Shown one piece after another: positions 32,635 through 33,469 of a stretch of 33,469 nt of DNA (position 1 is the first letter of the stretch; the number at the start of each line of letters is the position of its first letter). Under the pieces are notes generated by a model, which saw only the letters and a list, made by a program, of their open reading frames with translations, ran no database searches and was not told the origin of the DNA. Position numbers and translations under genes: made by a program. Source of the DNA: Chiloscyllium plagiosum (taxonomy: Eukaryota); assembly GCF_004010195.1 (NCBI RefSeq), contig NC_057755.1, forward strand, positions 7,516,501-7,549,969, read 5' to 3'.

Positions 32635-33350
32635 TGATTTGGAGATGCTGGTGTTGGAATGGGGTGTATAAAGTTAAAAATTACACAATACCAGGTTAGA
32701 GTCCAACAGGTTTAATTGGAAGCACACTAGCTTTCGGAGCGTCGTTCCTTCATCAGGTGGTTGTGGAGGACACAGTTGTAAGACACAGAATTTACAGCAA
32801 AAACTTACAGTGTGAAGTAACTGAAATTATACATTGAAAATACCTTGATTATTTGTTGAGTCTTTCATCTGTCAGAAAACCATGAAAGCTTCATTTCTTT
32901 CATCTGTAAATCACAAAACTTTTTTTAAAGGTTACGTTCTCAGGTTAAATGTAACAATTGGTGTCAGACAGATATGTTGAAGGTGTTCGCCCCCTGTGTT
33001 CCCTGTCTGTGCCATAATGTTTAGATTGATTCTAATCTAAAATGTGAGTTAACAGAGTCTTACATGGATTCATTCATTTTTTGAGCAAAGTACAATGTAA
33101 CTCTGCAAGTACAAATTCACCCCAGAAACATATATATCTATGTGTGCTAGTGGGTTTGTGTGTGTCTGTGTCTGTCTGTGTGTCTGTCTGTCTGTCTGGG
33201 GTTGGGGATTGTGAGAATGAGAAAAAGTGCATATGTGTGTGTATGAGATTGTAGAGTGTCCAGCTGTGTGAGAGGGTGCATGTGTGTGTGTTGTAGGAGT
33301 GTGTGGGTGAGAGTTGGGGAGGGGTAAGGGATTGTGATTGTCAGTGAGAG
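32635..33350 (-). mobile_element. PLE-type 3' terminal region with hammerhead (family D) and TG/CA-rich tract
   Basis: Hammerhead ~90 nt from the presumed 3' end; tail ccaacaccagcatctcca resembles the ccagcatctgca tail of family A; TG-rich at 33158-33310. Confidence 0.6.
32725..32759 (-). ncRNA. Minimal type I hammerhead ribozyme (family D)
   Basis: Stem I CAC/GTG; CTGATGA; A; stem II GGAAC-GAC-GCTCC (4 of 5 pairs); GAAA; GC; TA; AGCT palindrome. Confidence 0.8.
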
Positions 33351-33357
33351 AGAGTAT

Positions 33358-33469
33358 TGTTAAGACGGACCCGGAGGGTCCCGTCTTTGCGTGTTCTTTT
33401 GGAAGGAGAGACTCACACTGGCAACTATGATTAGACGCAGACAGCAGTTTATTCACAGAATCTTAACTG
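33358..33469 (-). repeat. Possible LTR U5 end, running off the window
   Basis: Minus strand ends ...gtcttaaCA at 33358; AATAAA on minus at 33448-33453; terminal hairpin aagacggaccc-gga-gggtcccgtctt. Confidence 0.35.

Noticed and set aside
33070..33456. 128-aa His/Thr-rich ORF
   Set aside because: Translation of a CA/TG-rich low-complexity tract.
1..33469. Host protein-coding genes or prokaryotic operons among the listed ORFs
   Set aside because: Every recognisable peptide is a retroelement fragment. The remaining ORFs are short antisense or off-frame reads of repeats.

Overview
Eukaryotic (vertebrate) DNA made almost entirely of nested, decayed retroelements. HE1-type V-SINEs with CR1/HER1-like LINEs point to a cartilaginous fish, probably a shark (inference). 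No host gene is recognisable. The window holds about nine CR1-clade LINE copies or fragments (ORF1 zinc finger plus SGNH esterase; ORF2 APE endonuclease plus RT) and four tRNA-derived HE1-like SINEs. It also holds a decayed class III (ERV-L-like) retroviral pol on the minus strand (~15.9-19.06 kb), a Gmr1-like Ty3/gypsy remnant with integrase upstream of RT (~20.45-22.65 kb), Penelope-like element (PLE) GIY-YIG fragments, a ~670-bp near-identical templated duplication and a 146-N gap. The most notable signal is minimal type I hammerhead ribozyme cores (CTGANGA-N-stem II-GAAA-palindromic tetramer-UH), from four sequence families, at eight loci: seven with a full or degenerate core and one truncated inside the core. 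Three sit at the centre of ~200-230-bp foldback insertions with 14-bp target-site duplications; a fourth foldback is a perfect 54-bp-arm palindrome that has lost the core. All coordinates were read by eye, boundaries of old repeats are approximate, and no database search was run.
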